Assembly (NCBI GenBank): GCA_963719085.1
Contig: CAVRAL010000004.1
Span: 544,001 to 608,000 of the forward strand
DNA: 64,000 nucleotides
Source of the DNA: a candidate division FCPU426 bacterium
GTDB taxonomy: Bacteria; Oederibacteriota; Muellerivitia; Muellerivitales; Muellerivitaceae
Reading direction: 5' to 3'
Shown here: positions 36,830 to 46,711 of the stretch, one piece after another
Position numbering within the stretch: the first letter of the stretch is position 1
How the letters are laid out: each line of letters opens with the position of its first letter
The notes under the pieces: model-generated
Database searches by the model: none
Told to the model about the DNA's origin: nothing
The model's input: only the letters and a program-made list of their open reading frames with translations
Position numbers and translations under genes: made by a program

Positions 36830-37973
36830 GAACCTGCTTTCCGGAATCGAACAAGATTTTCACCGGCCCCAAAAATCACCCGGGGCTTACGAATGGTGGC
36901 ACTTTGACGGCCAAGACGATCATAGCGGCTATTGTTTCTCGGCGCAATTTTACGCCGGCAACCCCCTGTCCCCCTATTACCAGGAAGCGCTGCGGCGTTA
37001 TTTGAAAGACGCCCAATCCCCCCTCGTCAGCCCGACGGTCGTCACGGCCCCGAACCCCTTGGACTTTTGCGGGGTGGTTTTTCGGGTTTTTAAGTCCGGG
37101 TCTTTAGTCGACGAGTTTAACCAGGAATTTTCGCCGGGCCAACTGAAGGCCTCCGAGGACCATCCGGCGGTTCTTTTAGGGCCTAATCGCTTTCATTGGG
37201 ACGCTTCCGCCGAGGAGCCCAACTATGTGGTGACGCTTCAAGGAAGGGTCTCGAACAACAAAACCTTAAGGGCCCGGCTTTTTTTCACGCCTGAAAAAAC
37301 CGCCGCGCTCCCCACGGAGTCTTCCGAGACTTTCCCCACCCATACCTGGGTTTTAGCCGCCCCCCGCTGCCGGCTGGAAGGAACCTTGCAATGGTGCGAC
37401 ACCGAGGGAGAAACACTAAAGGAAATTCTTTTGTCTGGCTCCGGCTACCATGACCATCATTTCGGAACCATCCCCTTAAACCGGTTTTTAAAAGCCTGGC
37501 ATTGGGGACATGCCGTTTTGGAATCCAAAACGATTATTTACTCTTATCAAAAACCCCAAGCCGCGGACGAGAAAACCAAGGGACTTTGGATGAGCTTGGA
37601 CGGGGGCGAGTTTAAGCTTTGGGATGTGGCGTTTGAGCCGTCCCAGGGCCGATTAAACTTTTTTGCCCTGCCTTACTCAAAAAAAATAGGCTTCACCGAT
37701 TTCGACAGCTTTGAGGTCCGCCACCAAACGATTCTGACCGATGGTCCGGCGTCGCTCATTTTCGAGGATGAGGTCCGTTGGACCCGGGAAGGCCGTTTAG
37801 TGACCGGCCGGGGAATATCGAATTACCTTTATCCCACCCGGCTTTCCAATCCTTTGTTTTTTCCCATGCTCAAAGGCAAAACCGACTGGATCGCCAAGCC
37901 GCGGGAAAGCAACACGGCGCCGAAGGATTTTGATGATGTGTCCACCCAAAGACCGGACTTGTCCGCCAAATAA
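36828..37973 (+). CDS. Carotenoid 1,2-hydratase (CrtC)-like protein
   Basis: PGAYEWWHFDG, GNPLSPYY, HTWVLAAP, GSGYHDHHFG, WHWGH. Confidence 0.75.
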   Translation: MNLLSGIEQDFHRPQKSPGAYEWWHFDGQDDHSGYCFSAQFYAGNPLSPYYQEALRRYLKDAQSPLVSPTVVTAPNPLDFCGVVFRVFKSGSLVDEFNQEFSPGQLKASEDHPAVLLGPNRFHWDASAEEPNYVVTLQGRVSNNKTLRARLFFTPEKTAALPTESSETFPTHTWVLAAPRCRLEGTLQWCDTEGETLKEILLSGSGYHDHHFGTIPLNRFLKAWHWGHAVLESKTIIYSYQKPQAADEKTKGLWMSLDGGEFKLWDVAFEPSQGRLNFFALPYSKKIGFTDFDSFEVRHQTILTDGPASLIFEDEVRWTREGRLVTGRGISNYLYPTRLSNPLFFPMLKGKTDWIAKPRESNTAPKDFDDVSTQRPDLSAK

Positions 37974-38001
37974 AAAAGGCCCCCCAATTGGGGGAGCCTT
38001 T
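37972..38001. terminator. Hairpin terminator between convergent genes
   Basis: AAAGGCCCCCC-AATT-GGGGGAGCCTTT with flanking A/T runs. Confidence 0.6.
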
Positions 38002-38107
38002 CACTTCACAAAAACGGATTTGAATTACATCCCCACGTCGCCCATCTTAACCAGCGATTGGCTCCTCGGAGTGACGGAATCTTTATGTCATCCTTGGGGA
38101 GATTCCA

Positions 38108-38632
38108 TCAGTTAAGCGTCTTCTGGCCGGGAGTCCAGCCGCAGCCCACCAGCTTGCCGGTCTCAAAAGCGGCCAGCGTGCGGATGGTTTCCTCGACGTT
38201 GCGGCCCACGGCCGTGTCGTTGACGGTGGAGTGCTTCAAGTTTCCGTCCGGATCAATGACGAAGGTGCCCCGCAAAGCGATTCCCTTATCCTCAATCAAA
38301 ACGCCGTAAGCGCGTGAAATTTGGTGCGCGGTGTCGGCCAAATGGGGGAACTTCAGCTTGCCCAAGGTCGGCGATTCCTGCCAAGCCTTGTGGCTGTAAA
38401 CGCTGTCGGTCGAGGCCGTGATGACTTCGGCGCCCATCTTTTTGAATTCTTCATACTTGTCATTGAACCCCTTGATCTCGGTCGGGCAGACAAAGGTGAA
38501 ATCGAGCGGATAGAAAAACAACACGACCCACTTTCCTTTGTAATCCGACAACTTGATCTCTTTGAATTCCCCGTTCGGCATCAACGCTTGGCCCTGGAAA
38601 TCAGGGGCTTTTTGTCCGACTTGAACTGGCAT
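38108..38632 (-). CDS. ahpC: 2-Cys peroxiredoxin (AhpC)
   Basis: FFYPLDFTFVCPTE, ALRGTFVIDP, VGRNVEE, resolving Cys in VGCGW. Confidence 0.93.
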   Translation of the reverse strand: MPVQVGQKAPDFQGQALMPNGEFKEIKLSDYKGKWVVLFFYPLDFTFVCPTEIKGFNDKYEEFKKMGAEVITASTDSVYSHKAWQESPTLGKLKFPHLADTAHQISRAYGVLIEDKGIALRGTFVIDPDGNLKHSTVNDTAVGRNVEETIRTLAAFETGKLVGCGWTPGQKTLN

Positions 38633-38911
38633 CTTGTCCTCCTTGAATTTTAATTGGCTTTTCGGAACCGCTTCCCCGAAAGGGATTCGTACCGATTTTT
38701 GAAAAAGTTTAATAACGAAAACTTTTTCTTACCACGTGAACGAACCACTCGGTTCGTTCTACCCTGTGGCGGTCGGCAGGCCGCGAAAAAACTATGCACC
38801 CTGTTCAGTATCCGAAGGTCCAACCGGGGCTTGCAAGCCCCTTTTAAACTTTTTACCGGCTTTTCACCGGAACAGCGCTTTCCCTCGCTTCATCGGCTTG
38901 TCAGCCCGCTC

Positions 38912-39373
38912 TTATCGAAGACTTTTTTTGGGGCTTTGTTTTTTACGGCACTCCGGGCAATAACCCTTCAAATGCACCGAGTAATCCATAATCTCAAATC
39001 CTTGCAATCCCGCCGGCAAGTGGATGGCTTCCAGGGCTTCCTCTTCCAAATCCACGACCTTGTGGCATTTCACGCAGGTCAAATGGTGGTGGCGTTCCGT
39101 ATTGGGATCGTAGCGCGAGGCGGCGCCCAAATGGCTGGCCCGGTGAATGACACCGACCTCCACCAAGGTTTCCAGGACCCGGTAAACCGTGGCCCGGGAC
39201 AAGCCCGGTAAGCGGCCGGCCACCGCCTCATAGATTTGATCCGCCGTGGGATGGTCTTCCCGGCCCACCAGGGCTTCCAAAATGGCCCGGCGCTGGACCG
39301 TCAGGGGAATTCCCTGTTCCCGGCAGAGCTTTTCGAAGTTTTCCATTTTTTGGGAAGCGTGCAGGTGTTTCAT
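38912..39373 (-). CDS. Fur family regulator, PerR-like
   Basis: HPTADQIY, SRATVYR, RYD..HHHLTCVKC..VVD, CPEC; lies upstream of ahpC. Confidence 0.88.
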   Translation of the reverse strand: MKHLHASQKMENFEKLCREQGIPLTVQRRAILEALVGREDHPTADQIYEAVAGRLPGLSRATVYRVLETLVEVGVIHRASHLGAASRYDPNTERHHHLTCVKCHKVVDLEEEALEAIHLPAGLQGFEIMDYSVHLKGYCPECRKKQSPKKSLR

Positions 39374-39409
39374 AGATGATAACTTATATCAAATAATAAT
39401 AATTGTCAA
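39374..39409 (-). promoter_or_regulatory. Sigma70 leaderless-type promoter overlapped by AT-rich Fur/Per-box-like sequence
   Basis: TTGACA-N17-TAAGTT-N7-ATG; spacer ATTATTATTATTTGATA. Confidence 0.6.
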
Positions 39410-39504
39410 CTATAGCCCAAGCCTTTTTTCCAAGCCAAAGTCCAGGTTGTGGAGGCCTTTTCTTCCCTGCTAGAATGGGCCGAATTTTTGTCGCGGGGGT
39501 CTTT

Positions 39505-39930
39505 ATGCCGAATGAGGAAGCCGAAATTAAGATGATGAGCCTGGAAGAGGCGAACGCCCTCCTGCCCCAGGTCCATTTGTCCCTCAAGACGCTCCGCGAC
39601 CAGCGCTCTAAAATTTTAAGAATCCAAGCCCAAATTGAGATCGAGGAAATGACGGGATCCGATCGAGGCGGGGATTTGACGGCGCCGGCCCAAAAGGCCA
39701 TCGTGACCTTGATGGAAAATTTTCACGCCCAATCCCGGGCCTTTGAGCAGGAAATGGAAAAGCTCTTCCGAACCGGGGCCCAACTCAAGGATTTGGATTC
39801 GGGGCTGGTGGATTTTTACAGCCGCCGGGACGGGGAAATCGTGTTTTTGTGCTGGAAAGAAGGCGAAGCGGAAATCCTGCATTGGCATAGCCTGCAGGGG
39901 GGCTTCCAAAATCGCCGGCCTTTAGCTTAA
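39505..39930 (+). CDS. DUF2203 family protein
   Basis: SLEEANALLP, LKDLDSGLVDF, LCWKEGE..I.HWH...GF..RRPL. Confidence 0.9.
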   Translation: MPNEEAEIKMMSLEEANALLPQVHLSLKTLRDQRSKILRIQAQIEIEEMTGSDRGGDLTAPAQKAIVTLMENFHAQSRAFEQEMEKLFRTGAQLKDLDSGLVDFYSRRDGEIVFLCWKEGEAEILHWHSLQGGFQNRRPLA

Positions 39931-39971
39931 CTATCCCCATTAATTCATTGAGCCAATAAAAGGAGTTTTTC

Positions 39972-42008
39972 ATGTCTCAACCCTTCGATCAAGCCGACCA
40001 TAACGCCATTACGGCCATGCGCATGCTGGCCGTGGACGCCACCAGCAAGGCCAACTCGGGCCATCCCGGCATGCCCATCGGCATGGCGCCGGCCGCCCAC
40101 GTTTTGTGGACCCGCCATTTAAAACACGCGCCCTCCAACCCCAACTGGGTCGACCGCGACCGTTTCATTTTATCCGCGGGCCATGGGTCCATGCTCATCT
40201 ATTCGCTCCTGCACCTGCACGGCTACAACCTGTCGCTGGACGATTTGAAAAACTTCCGCCAATGGGGAAGCAAAACCCCGGGCCACCCGGAGTACGGCCA
40301 CACCGAAGGCGTGGAAACCACCACCGGCCCCTTGGGACAGGGCATCGCCACGGCCGTGGGTTTCGCCATGGGCGAGCGCATCTTGGCCGCGCGCTTCAAT
40401 GAGGCGGACAACGAAATCGTCAACCACCGCACCTGGGTCATCGCCTCGGACGGCGATTTAATGGAAGGCGTGTCGCACGAATCCTGCTCCACCGCCGGGC
40501 ATTTGAAACTGGCCAATTTAAAAGTCATCTACGACGACAACCACATCAGCATCGAGGGCGACACCAAGCTGGCCTTCACCGAGGATGTGCTCAAGCGCTT
40601 TGAGGCCTACGGCTGGCACACCTTGCGGGTAACCGACGCCAATGATTTGGAAGCCTTGGACAAGGCCATGACCGAAGCGGAAGCCGAGACCACCCGGCCT
40701 TCCATCATCGCGGTGCGCAGCCATATTGGTTACGGAACGCCCCTTCAAGACAGCGCCAAGGTTCACGGTTCCGCCCTGTCGCCCGAGAACGTCATCAAGA
40801 CCAAGGAATTTTACAAATGGCCCCTGGAGCCGACCTTCCTCATCCCCGAAGACGCCAAAAAGCGCTGCCTGGAATCCGTCGACAAGGGCAAAAAGCGGGT
40901 CGCGGACTGGAACGTCAAAAAAGACGCCTACGCCAAAAGCTACGGCGACAAGCTCAAGCAATTTGAGCAGGCCTTGAAAAAAGAATTGCCCGCGGATTTG
41001 GAAAAGAAACTGCCGGTCTTCCCGGCGGATGAAAAAGGAATCGCCACCCGTTCCGCCTCCGGCAAGGTGATCAACGTTTTGGCCAAGGAACTGGCCTTCT
41101 TTTACGGCGGTTCGGCGGATTTGGCCGGTTCCAACGACACCCTGATTGAGGGCGGCGGAAGCTTCGAAGCCGACAACTATAAAGGCCGGGTCTTCCACTT
41201 TGGCGTGCGCGAGCACGGCATGGGGGCCGAACTGAACGGCTTGGCCCTGCACGGCGGGATTGTTCCCTTCGGCGCGACTTTCCTGATGTTCAACGACTAT
41301 ATGAAGCCGGCCTATCGCTTGGCGCATTTGATGGGCGTCCAATCGATCTTCGTTTATACGCATGACTCCATCGGGCAGGGAGAGGACGGTCCGACCCACC
41401 AACCAGTGGAAACCTTGGCCGCCATGCGCTCGATTCCCAACGCCTGCGTGATCCGCCCGGCGGACGCCAACGAATCCGCTTATTCCTGGCTGGTCGCGCT
41501 GCAGCGCAAAAACGCCCCCACCGCTTTGGTCTTTACCCGCCAAAACGTGCCTACCTATGACCGCACCAAAGTCGGCGCGGCGTCGGGTGTTTTAAAGGGC
41601 GCTTATGTGCTGTCCGAGGCCAAAGGCGGCAAGCCCCAAGTCATTCTCATGGGAACGGGCTCCGAAGTTCAGCTTTGTATGAAGGCCCAGGAAATTCTTG
41701 AGAAAGAAGGCGTGATGGCCCGCGTGGTCAGTTTCCCCTCGTGGGAACTTTTCGCCGCCCAAAGCGCCCAGTACCAGGAAGAAGTCCTGCCCTCGTCGGT
41801 GAAAGCCCGGGTCGCGGTGGAAGCCGCCACCTCGTTCGGCTGGCACAAATGGACGGGCAATTACGGCAAGTTCGTGACGCTGGAGCGTTTCGGCGCCAGC
41901 GCGCCGGGCCCCGTGGCCCTGAAAAATTTGGGCTTCACCCCGGAAAAGGTCGCGGAAGCCGCCAAGGCGTCTTTAGCCGAGGCCTTGTCTCCCGCTAGCG
42001 CGCGCTAG
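39972..42008 (+). CDS. tkt: Transketolase
   Basis: [50 protein letters not shown]. Confidence 0.98.
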   Translation: MSQPFDQADHNAITAMRMLAVDATSKANSGHPGMPIGMAPAAHVLWTRHLKHAPSNPNWVDRDRFILSAGHGSMLIYSLLHLHGYNLSLDDLKNFRQWGSKTPGHPEYGHTEGVETTTGPLGQGIATAVGFAMGERILAARFNEADNEIVNHRTWVIASDGDLMEGVSHESCSTAGHLKLANLKVIYDDNHISIEGDTKLAFTEDVLKRFEAYGWHTLRVTDANDLEALDKAMTEAEAETTRPSIIAVRSHIGYGTPLQDSAKVHGSALSPENVIKTKEFYKWPLEPTFLIPEDAKKRCLESVDKGKKRVADWNVKKDAYAKSYGDKLKQFEQALKKELPADLEKKLPVFPADEKGIATRSASGKVINVLAKELAFFYGGSADLAGSNDTLIEGGGSFEADNYKGRVFHFGVREHGMGAELNGLALHGGIVPFGATFLMFNDYMKPAYRLAHLMGVQSIFVYTHDSIGQGEDGPTHQPVETLAAMRSIPNACVIRPADANESAYSWLVALQRKNAPTALVFTRQNVPTYDRTKVGAASGVLKGAYVLSEAKGGKPQVILMGTGSEVQLCMKAQEILEKEGVMARVVSFPSWELFAAQSAQYQEEVLPSSVKARVAVEAATSFGWHKWTGNYGKFVTLERFGASAPGPVALKNLGFTPEKVAEAAKASLAEALSPASAR

Positions 42009-42036
42009 GGATAACACTCAGTTCGGGTTAGCTTTC

Positions 42037-42069
42037 AAAGCCCCGGGGAAATTTCCCCGGGGCTTTTTT
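42037..42069 (+). terminator. Intrinsic terminator
   Basis: AAAGCCCCGGGGAA/TTCCCCGGGGCTTT followed by T-run. Confidence 0.85.
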
Positions 42070-42119
42070 ATTTACATTTTCGAAACCCCCGCACGGTCAT
42101 TCTTGGATAAACTTCCCCG

Positions 42120-43439
42120 ATGAAAATTTCATTTAAAAATAACGTCCTACTTAGTTCTTCTATTTTCTGGTTGTTGGTTCCCGTGGCCTGGGCGGATGAC
42201 GCGTTCACTCCCGCGGACTATTCCCTGCATTATCAAGCCACTTTTCTTCCCCAATACCACGGTTCCTTCCCGGCGCGATACTCAGGCAACCTCAGTTTAA
42301 AAAACACGCCGGAATTGAACGCTTCATTCACGACCACGCTTTTTCTGGGCGCCGGCCTCTGGCCTGGCGGTTTCATTTACGCGGACCCGGAAGTTTCGGC
42401 GGGAAGCGGTTTCAGCGGCGTGGACGGATTGGCCGACCTGTCGAATGGGGAGATTTCAAAAGTCGGAAGTCCTGATCCGACTCCGAACCTGGCCCGCGTT
42501 TACGTCCAGCAGGTTTTGGGGTTCGGGGGAGAGACGGAAAAACTTAACGACGATCAAAACCAAGTGGCGGCCCAACAGGACATTTCCCGTTTAACCGTGA
42601 CTTTTGGCAAATTCTCTTTAAACGATTTTTTCGACAACAACGCTTACGCCCACGACGCCCGTACCCAATTCATCAATCTGGGATTGGTCGACAACCTGGC
42701 CTGGGATTACGCCGCCGATACCCATGGCTATACCTGGGGATTCATCGCGGAACTGAATCAAAAAGACTGGGCCCTTCGGCTGTGCAGCGCCATGGTTTCG
42801 ACTGTCGCCAACGGGCCCCTTTATGACGCCGACTTGGGCCAAGCCCGGGCGGATAACGCGGAGTTCGAGTGGCGTTACAACTTAGATTCCCATCCGGGCC
42901 GTTTGCGCCTGCTGGCTTATGTCAACCACGCCCGCATGGGCAGTTACGATGCCGCAGTGACTTCCGGCAGCGTACCGCCCGATATCACCCAGTCGCGCGC
43001 CTACCGGGAAAAAGTCGGCTTTGGGATAAACCTCGAGCAAGAACTGGCGGATCATTTGGGCGGCTTTTTACGTTTAGGCTGGAACGACGGCCAAACGGAG
43101 TCCTTTGAGCTAACGGCCGTGGATGAAACCGTTTCGGGGGGAATCGTGCTCAAAAATCCCCTGGGAGGCCGGCCCGACGACAGCGTGGGACTGGGCCTCA
43201 TCGTGAGCGGGCTTTCGTCCGCGCACCAAGCCTATTTGGCCGCCGGAGGACAGGATTTCCTCATCGGCGACGGCGCCCTTCGTTACGGGCCCGAGGAAGT
43301 GGCCGAGCTTTACTATCTTTTTAAGGCGGCCGCGCCTTTCTCGCTGACCTTGGACCTGCAAGGCGTCAATGACCCCGCTTACAATCAAGACCGGGGGCCG
43401 CTGGGCATTATCGCGGGCCGGGCGCATCTGGAACTCTAA
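42120..43439 (+). CDS. OprB-family porin (MnoP-like)
   Basis: F...YSG..SL, TLFLG..LW.G, PE...G.G.S...GLA...NGE, FDNNAYAHDARTQF, AWDYAADTHGYT, PAYNQDRGP. Confidence 0.85.
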   Translation: MKISFKNNVLLSSSIFWLLVPVAWADDAFTPADYSLHYQATFLPQYHGSFPARYSGNLSLKNTPELNASFTTTLFLGAGLWPGGFIYADPEVSAGSGFSGVDGLADLSNGEISKVGSPDPTPNLARVYVQQVLGFGGETEKLNDDQNQVAAQQDISRLTVTFGKFSLNDFFDNNAYAHDARTQFINLGLVDNLAWDYAADTHGYTWGFIAELNQKDWALRLCSAMVSTVANGPLYDADLGQARADNAEFEWRYNLDSHPGRLRLLAYVNHARMGSYDAAVTSGSVPPDITQSRAYREKVGFGINLEQELADHLGGFLRLGWNDGQTESFELTAVDETVSGGIVLKNPLGGRPDDSVGLGLIVSGLSSAHQAYLAAGGQDFLIGDGALRYGPEEVAELYYLFKAAAPFSLTLDLQGVNDPAYNQDRGPLGIIAGRAHLEL

Positions 43440-43478
43440 GATGGGCTTTGATTTTGTCCCGGACTTACGGATGAAAAA

Positions 43479-44735
43479 TTAAGCTAAAAACCCCAGCGGC
43501 GTTTTCGGTATAAAACCCGGGAAGACCCGAGTGTCCTCCCCGATCCCCAGGTGGTTGGATAAAATTTCCGAGTGCACTTGCCGAAAATCAGTCGTGACCT
43601 GAAGGTCGCGGCCTTCATAAAGCTGTTCGGGCGCCAACCCCGGCCAGGATCCATATACTTTCCCGCCCTTGATCGATCCTCCAAAAAGCAGCATCACGCT
43701 GGCATGGCCATGGTCCGTGCCCCGGTTGCCGTTTTCCTGCAGGGTCCTTCCGAACTCGGTCATGGTCGTGAGCAAAACGTCCCCGGACCGGTCTCCCATA
43801 TCGCGGTAAAAAGCCGCGATGCTGTCGCCCAATTCCTTTAGGCGCGCGTTTAAAAGCCCGTCATTCGACCCTTCATTGACATGGTGGTCCCATCCCCCCA
43901 CATCCAAAAATCCCACCCGGAGGCCGACCTTCGCCTGGATAACCCGGGCCAGCTCAAAAAATTGGCGTCCCACGGCGCCCTTGGGATATCCTGCGTCCTC
44001 GGGATTTTTAGGCCCGCTTTGCTGGATTTTTTGAAGGAGATTGACCGAGTCTTCCGTCGCCTTTCCGGTTCCGGACAGGAGCCGGTCGATGCTGCCCTCG
44101 TACATATCCTCGAAAGAACTGGCTTCCAGACCGCCGCCGATAAAGCGGTAGGCGTTTAAGTTGGGAAAAGCGGTGACCTGGAAATCCCCCCGTAAAATCC
44201 GGGGCAGGCGGGCGGAAATGGCCACGGCCGTCAGGGGCGACTTGGCTTTTTTGATGGAGGAACTTTCGATGGCCCGGTTGAGCCAGCCGTCTTCGGTGGT
44301 CTTGACCCCGGGTGTTCCGGTTTCCATATTGTCTTGCGCCTCAAAATGGGAGCGGGTTTCATCCGGACTGCCGACCGCTTCGACCACGGCGAAGTTCCCC
44401 GCCTTCCACATCGGCATCAAGGAAGCCAAGGCCGGATGGAGGCCAAAGGTCCCGTCCAAGTCCAAAACCCCGCCCGTTTGGGTGGGACCCGGAAGCCCGA
44501 TGGTGGGCCGGGCCGAGCGGTAATTCGGATCCTGGAAGGGCACCACCATATTCAGCCCGTCGGCCGCGCCGCGCTGGAACAAAACGATGAGAATTTTGGA
44601 ATTATTGGCGGCCAGCCCCGCCGCCGCCCAAGCCCAATGAGGCATTCCGAAAAAAGCCGCGCCGGCTACGGCCGCTCCGCTCAATTTTAAGAAGTCCCGC
44701 CGGGACAGTTTGGGATTCCAAGTTTTTTTTCGCAT
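43479..44735 (-). CDS. DUF1501 family protein with Tat signal
   Basis: SRRDFLK, FQRGAADGLN, TRSHFEAQ, GGWDHH, TEFGRT..ENGNRGTDHG. Confidence 0.92.
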   Translation of the reverse strand: MRKKTWNPKLSRRDFLKLSGAAVAGAAFFGMPHWAWAAAGLAANNSKILIVLFQRGAADGLNMVVPFQDPNYRSARPTIGLPGPTQTGGVLDLDGTFGLHPALASLMPMWKAGNFAVVEAVGSPDETRSHFEAQDNMETGTPGVKTTEDGWLNRAIESSSIKKAKSPLTAVAISARLPRILRGDFQVTAFPNLNAYRFIGGGLEASSFEDMYEGSIDRLLSGTGKATEDSVNLLQKIQQSGPKNPEDAGYPKGAVGRQFFELARVIQAKVGLRVGFLDVGGWDHHVNEGSNDGLLNARLKELGDSIAAFYRDMGDRSGDVLLTTMTEFGRTLQENGNRGTDHGHASVMLLFGGSIKGGKVYGSWPGLAPEQLYEGRDLQVTTDFRQVHSEILSNHLGIGEDTRVFPGFIPKTPLGFLA

Positions 44736-44737
44736 GC

Positions 44738-46435
44738 CTATCTCCTTTGAAAATCCGGTGAACCCAGGACCAAAGCGCCCAATTGGGAGGCCTCAAAATT
44801 CTTCTTTTTATCGTCCAAAATCGCGTGGGAAATCTCCGGATCCTTCAACTTGGAGAAAAGAACCTTTTGGGTATTGGCCGAAACCTGCCCGCCCAAAAAA
44901 GCCTGGAAAAGGCCTTTTAATATTTTTTTGCCGTCCCCGCCGTCCGAAAGGGCCGGATCCAGGGCCGTCAAATTGACCTGGGCGGGCGAATGAGGCTTGT
45001 TGTCCAGGAGAATCAGGGAAAAATTCATTCGATCCAGCAAGGCGCTTGAATTCACCCAAGCCTTGGCGTTGTCCGGATAACCCGTGGGCGGCTCGCAAAG
45101 ATAAAGGGGTTCGCCCATTAAATTTAAAAACCCGGACAGTTTTTGGGGATCGGTCAATTGGGCGTTCGTCACCCGAAGCGCGCTGGCCACGAACTCCAAA
45201 GGCGACTTCACCTTAGCCCGGTAATATTTGGGGCTTAGGAATTCCTTGGAATAAAATATCGCCCGCAGAGTTTCCCGGATATCGCCGCCGCTGGCCAAAA
45301 ACTTTTGGGCCACCCGGTTGACCAGGGCCGGGGGCGGATCGTCGCATACAAAACGGCGGCAAAGCTCCGCGGCGATCAGATGGGCCGTGGCGGGGTTTTC
45401 CGCCAAGGCGTCCAAAACCGATTCCCCTTCAGCCTCGCCTTGGGCGCCATCGTAGATTTGGCCTAAAATAGTCGCGGGACCCTGGTCATGCATGCGGGCC
45501 CGGAACTTGAATTGGAAAGCCTGGGCCGGATTCTCCGGTTGACCCGGCTTGCCCGGGCCCTGAAAGCTCCAGCCCGTCAGGGCCCGGGCCACTTGAATTA
45601 CATCCTGCTGCGTATAACCGCTATCGACCCCCAGGGTGTGCAATTCCATCAGTTCCCGGGCGTAATTTTCATTCAGTCCCATGCTTTTTTTGGCGTTGGC
45701 GGGATCGTCCATCATTTTCATCATGGCCGGGTATTCGCTCATCTCGTCGGCCGGCACATAACGGGGATCCACTGTGCTGTTGACGTTGTCCAAATATTCC
45801 AGCATGGCCGGGCTGTGGGCCACCGCCCCCAAAAGGTCCCGGAATTTTCCCAGGGCGTTCGGGCGGATCACGTCCCTTTCATAGGGCGTCAAAAACCACT
45901 TGTCCCGGTTTTTCTCAAAAGTCACGTTGAAGTGGTTGAACCAAAAATCCGTCATCACTTCCTGGAGCTGCCGTCGGCTTTCCAGGATCCGCACCCATTT
46001 GGCCTCGGTCAATTGGTCGAGGATTTCGCCGATATGCTGGTTGGCCGCTTTCACCTCGTCCGGATTAGGCTTCTCGCCCGGCTGGGCCGGATGGGCGGGG
46101 GGATACTTTTGAAAAAGCTCCAGGGCCGTGAGGCCCAGGCTGGGATAAAGTTCCAGATCCGCCTCGCATTGGCTGTCGTCGAGGGTCTCCGGATGAAGCT
46201 GTTGTTCGATATAAGCTTTTAACCCCAGACGCCGGACCAGGGCCGCGTCCCCGGGTTTGGGCCCGAACGAAAGCCGGTTTAAAACCTGGGATATTTTTTG
46301 GGTGGTCGTAAGGGATGAACCGGTTGTCGCGGCGGAAATCGGACCGCTCAGACTGAACCCTATCGCGCCCAACAATAAAAAGAGGCTTTTTCGCATGGCC
46401 TTCCCCGGGTTAAATCCTGATTGAACCGGCTTCAT
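44738..46435 (-). CDS. DUF1800 family protein
   Basis: LNRLSFGP, QLQEVMTDFWFNHFNV, SPAMLEYLDN, NENYARELMELHTLGV, SPDFQRR; start 46435 or 46396. Confidence 0.92.
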   Translation of the reverse strand: MKPVQSGFNPGKAMRKSLFLLLGAIGFSLSGPISAATTGSSLTTTQKISQVLNRLSFGPKPGDAALVRRLGLKAYIEQQLHPETLDDSQCEADLELYPSLGLTALELFQKYPPAHPAQPGEKPNPDEVKAANQHIGEILDQLTEAKWVRILESRRQLQEVMTDFWFNHFNVTFEKNRDKWFLTPYERDVIRPNALGKFRDLLGAVAHSPAMLEYLDNVNSTVDPRYVPADEMSEYPAMMKMMDDPANAKKSMGLNENYARELMELHTLGVDSGYTQQDVIQVARALTGWSFQGPGKPGQPENPAQAFQFKFRARMHDQGPATILGQIYDGAQGEAEGESVLDALAENPATAHLIAAELCRRFVCDDPPPALVNRVAQKFLASGGDIRETLRAIFYSKEFLSPKYYRAKVKSPLEFVASALRVTNAQLTDPQKLSGFLNLMGEPLYLCEPPTGYPDNAKAWVNSSALLDRMNFSLILLDNKPHSPAQVNLTALDPALSDGGDGKKILKGLFQAFLGGQVSANTQKVLFSKLKDPEISHAILDDKKKNFEASQLGALVLGSPDFQRR

Positions 46436-46438
46436 GGG

Positions 46439-46466
46439 TTAGACGGGGCGGGATAGCCAAAAGTTC
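46439..46466 (-). promoter_or_regulatory. Putative ECF promoter of the DUF1800-DUF1501 operon
   Basis: Minus strand GAACTT-N16-GTCTAA, 3 nt before ATG 46435. Confidence 0.6.
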
Positions 46467-46711
46467 AAGACCAAAGCATGGAACAAAGGTAAACGCATCC
46501 CATGGGAGCCCGGACGGCCCTCTTGGACGCCGTATAAATCAAACCAGGTGGTTTTATTTTCGCGTTGCCTTAAAATGACCAAGCTTTCTACCCTTGTAAT
46601 ATTGAGGGTTGGCCGCGCAAAATTTCCAGCTAACTTCCCGCCGATCGATTTGACCCGCCGGTTTGGTTTATAATTTTCACCCGCGCGGTAATCTAAAAAT
46701 GGTAATCAAAC

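Noticed and set aside
40518..41543. Long antisense ORFs (341 aa here; also 3455-4309, 24298-25059, 45488-46222, 58060-58821, 62023-62946)
   Set aside because: Shadow frames of well-supported genes in GC-rich DNA with no recognisable motifs
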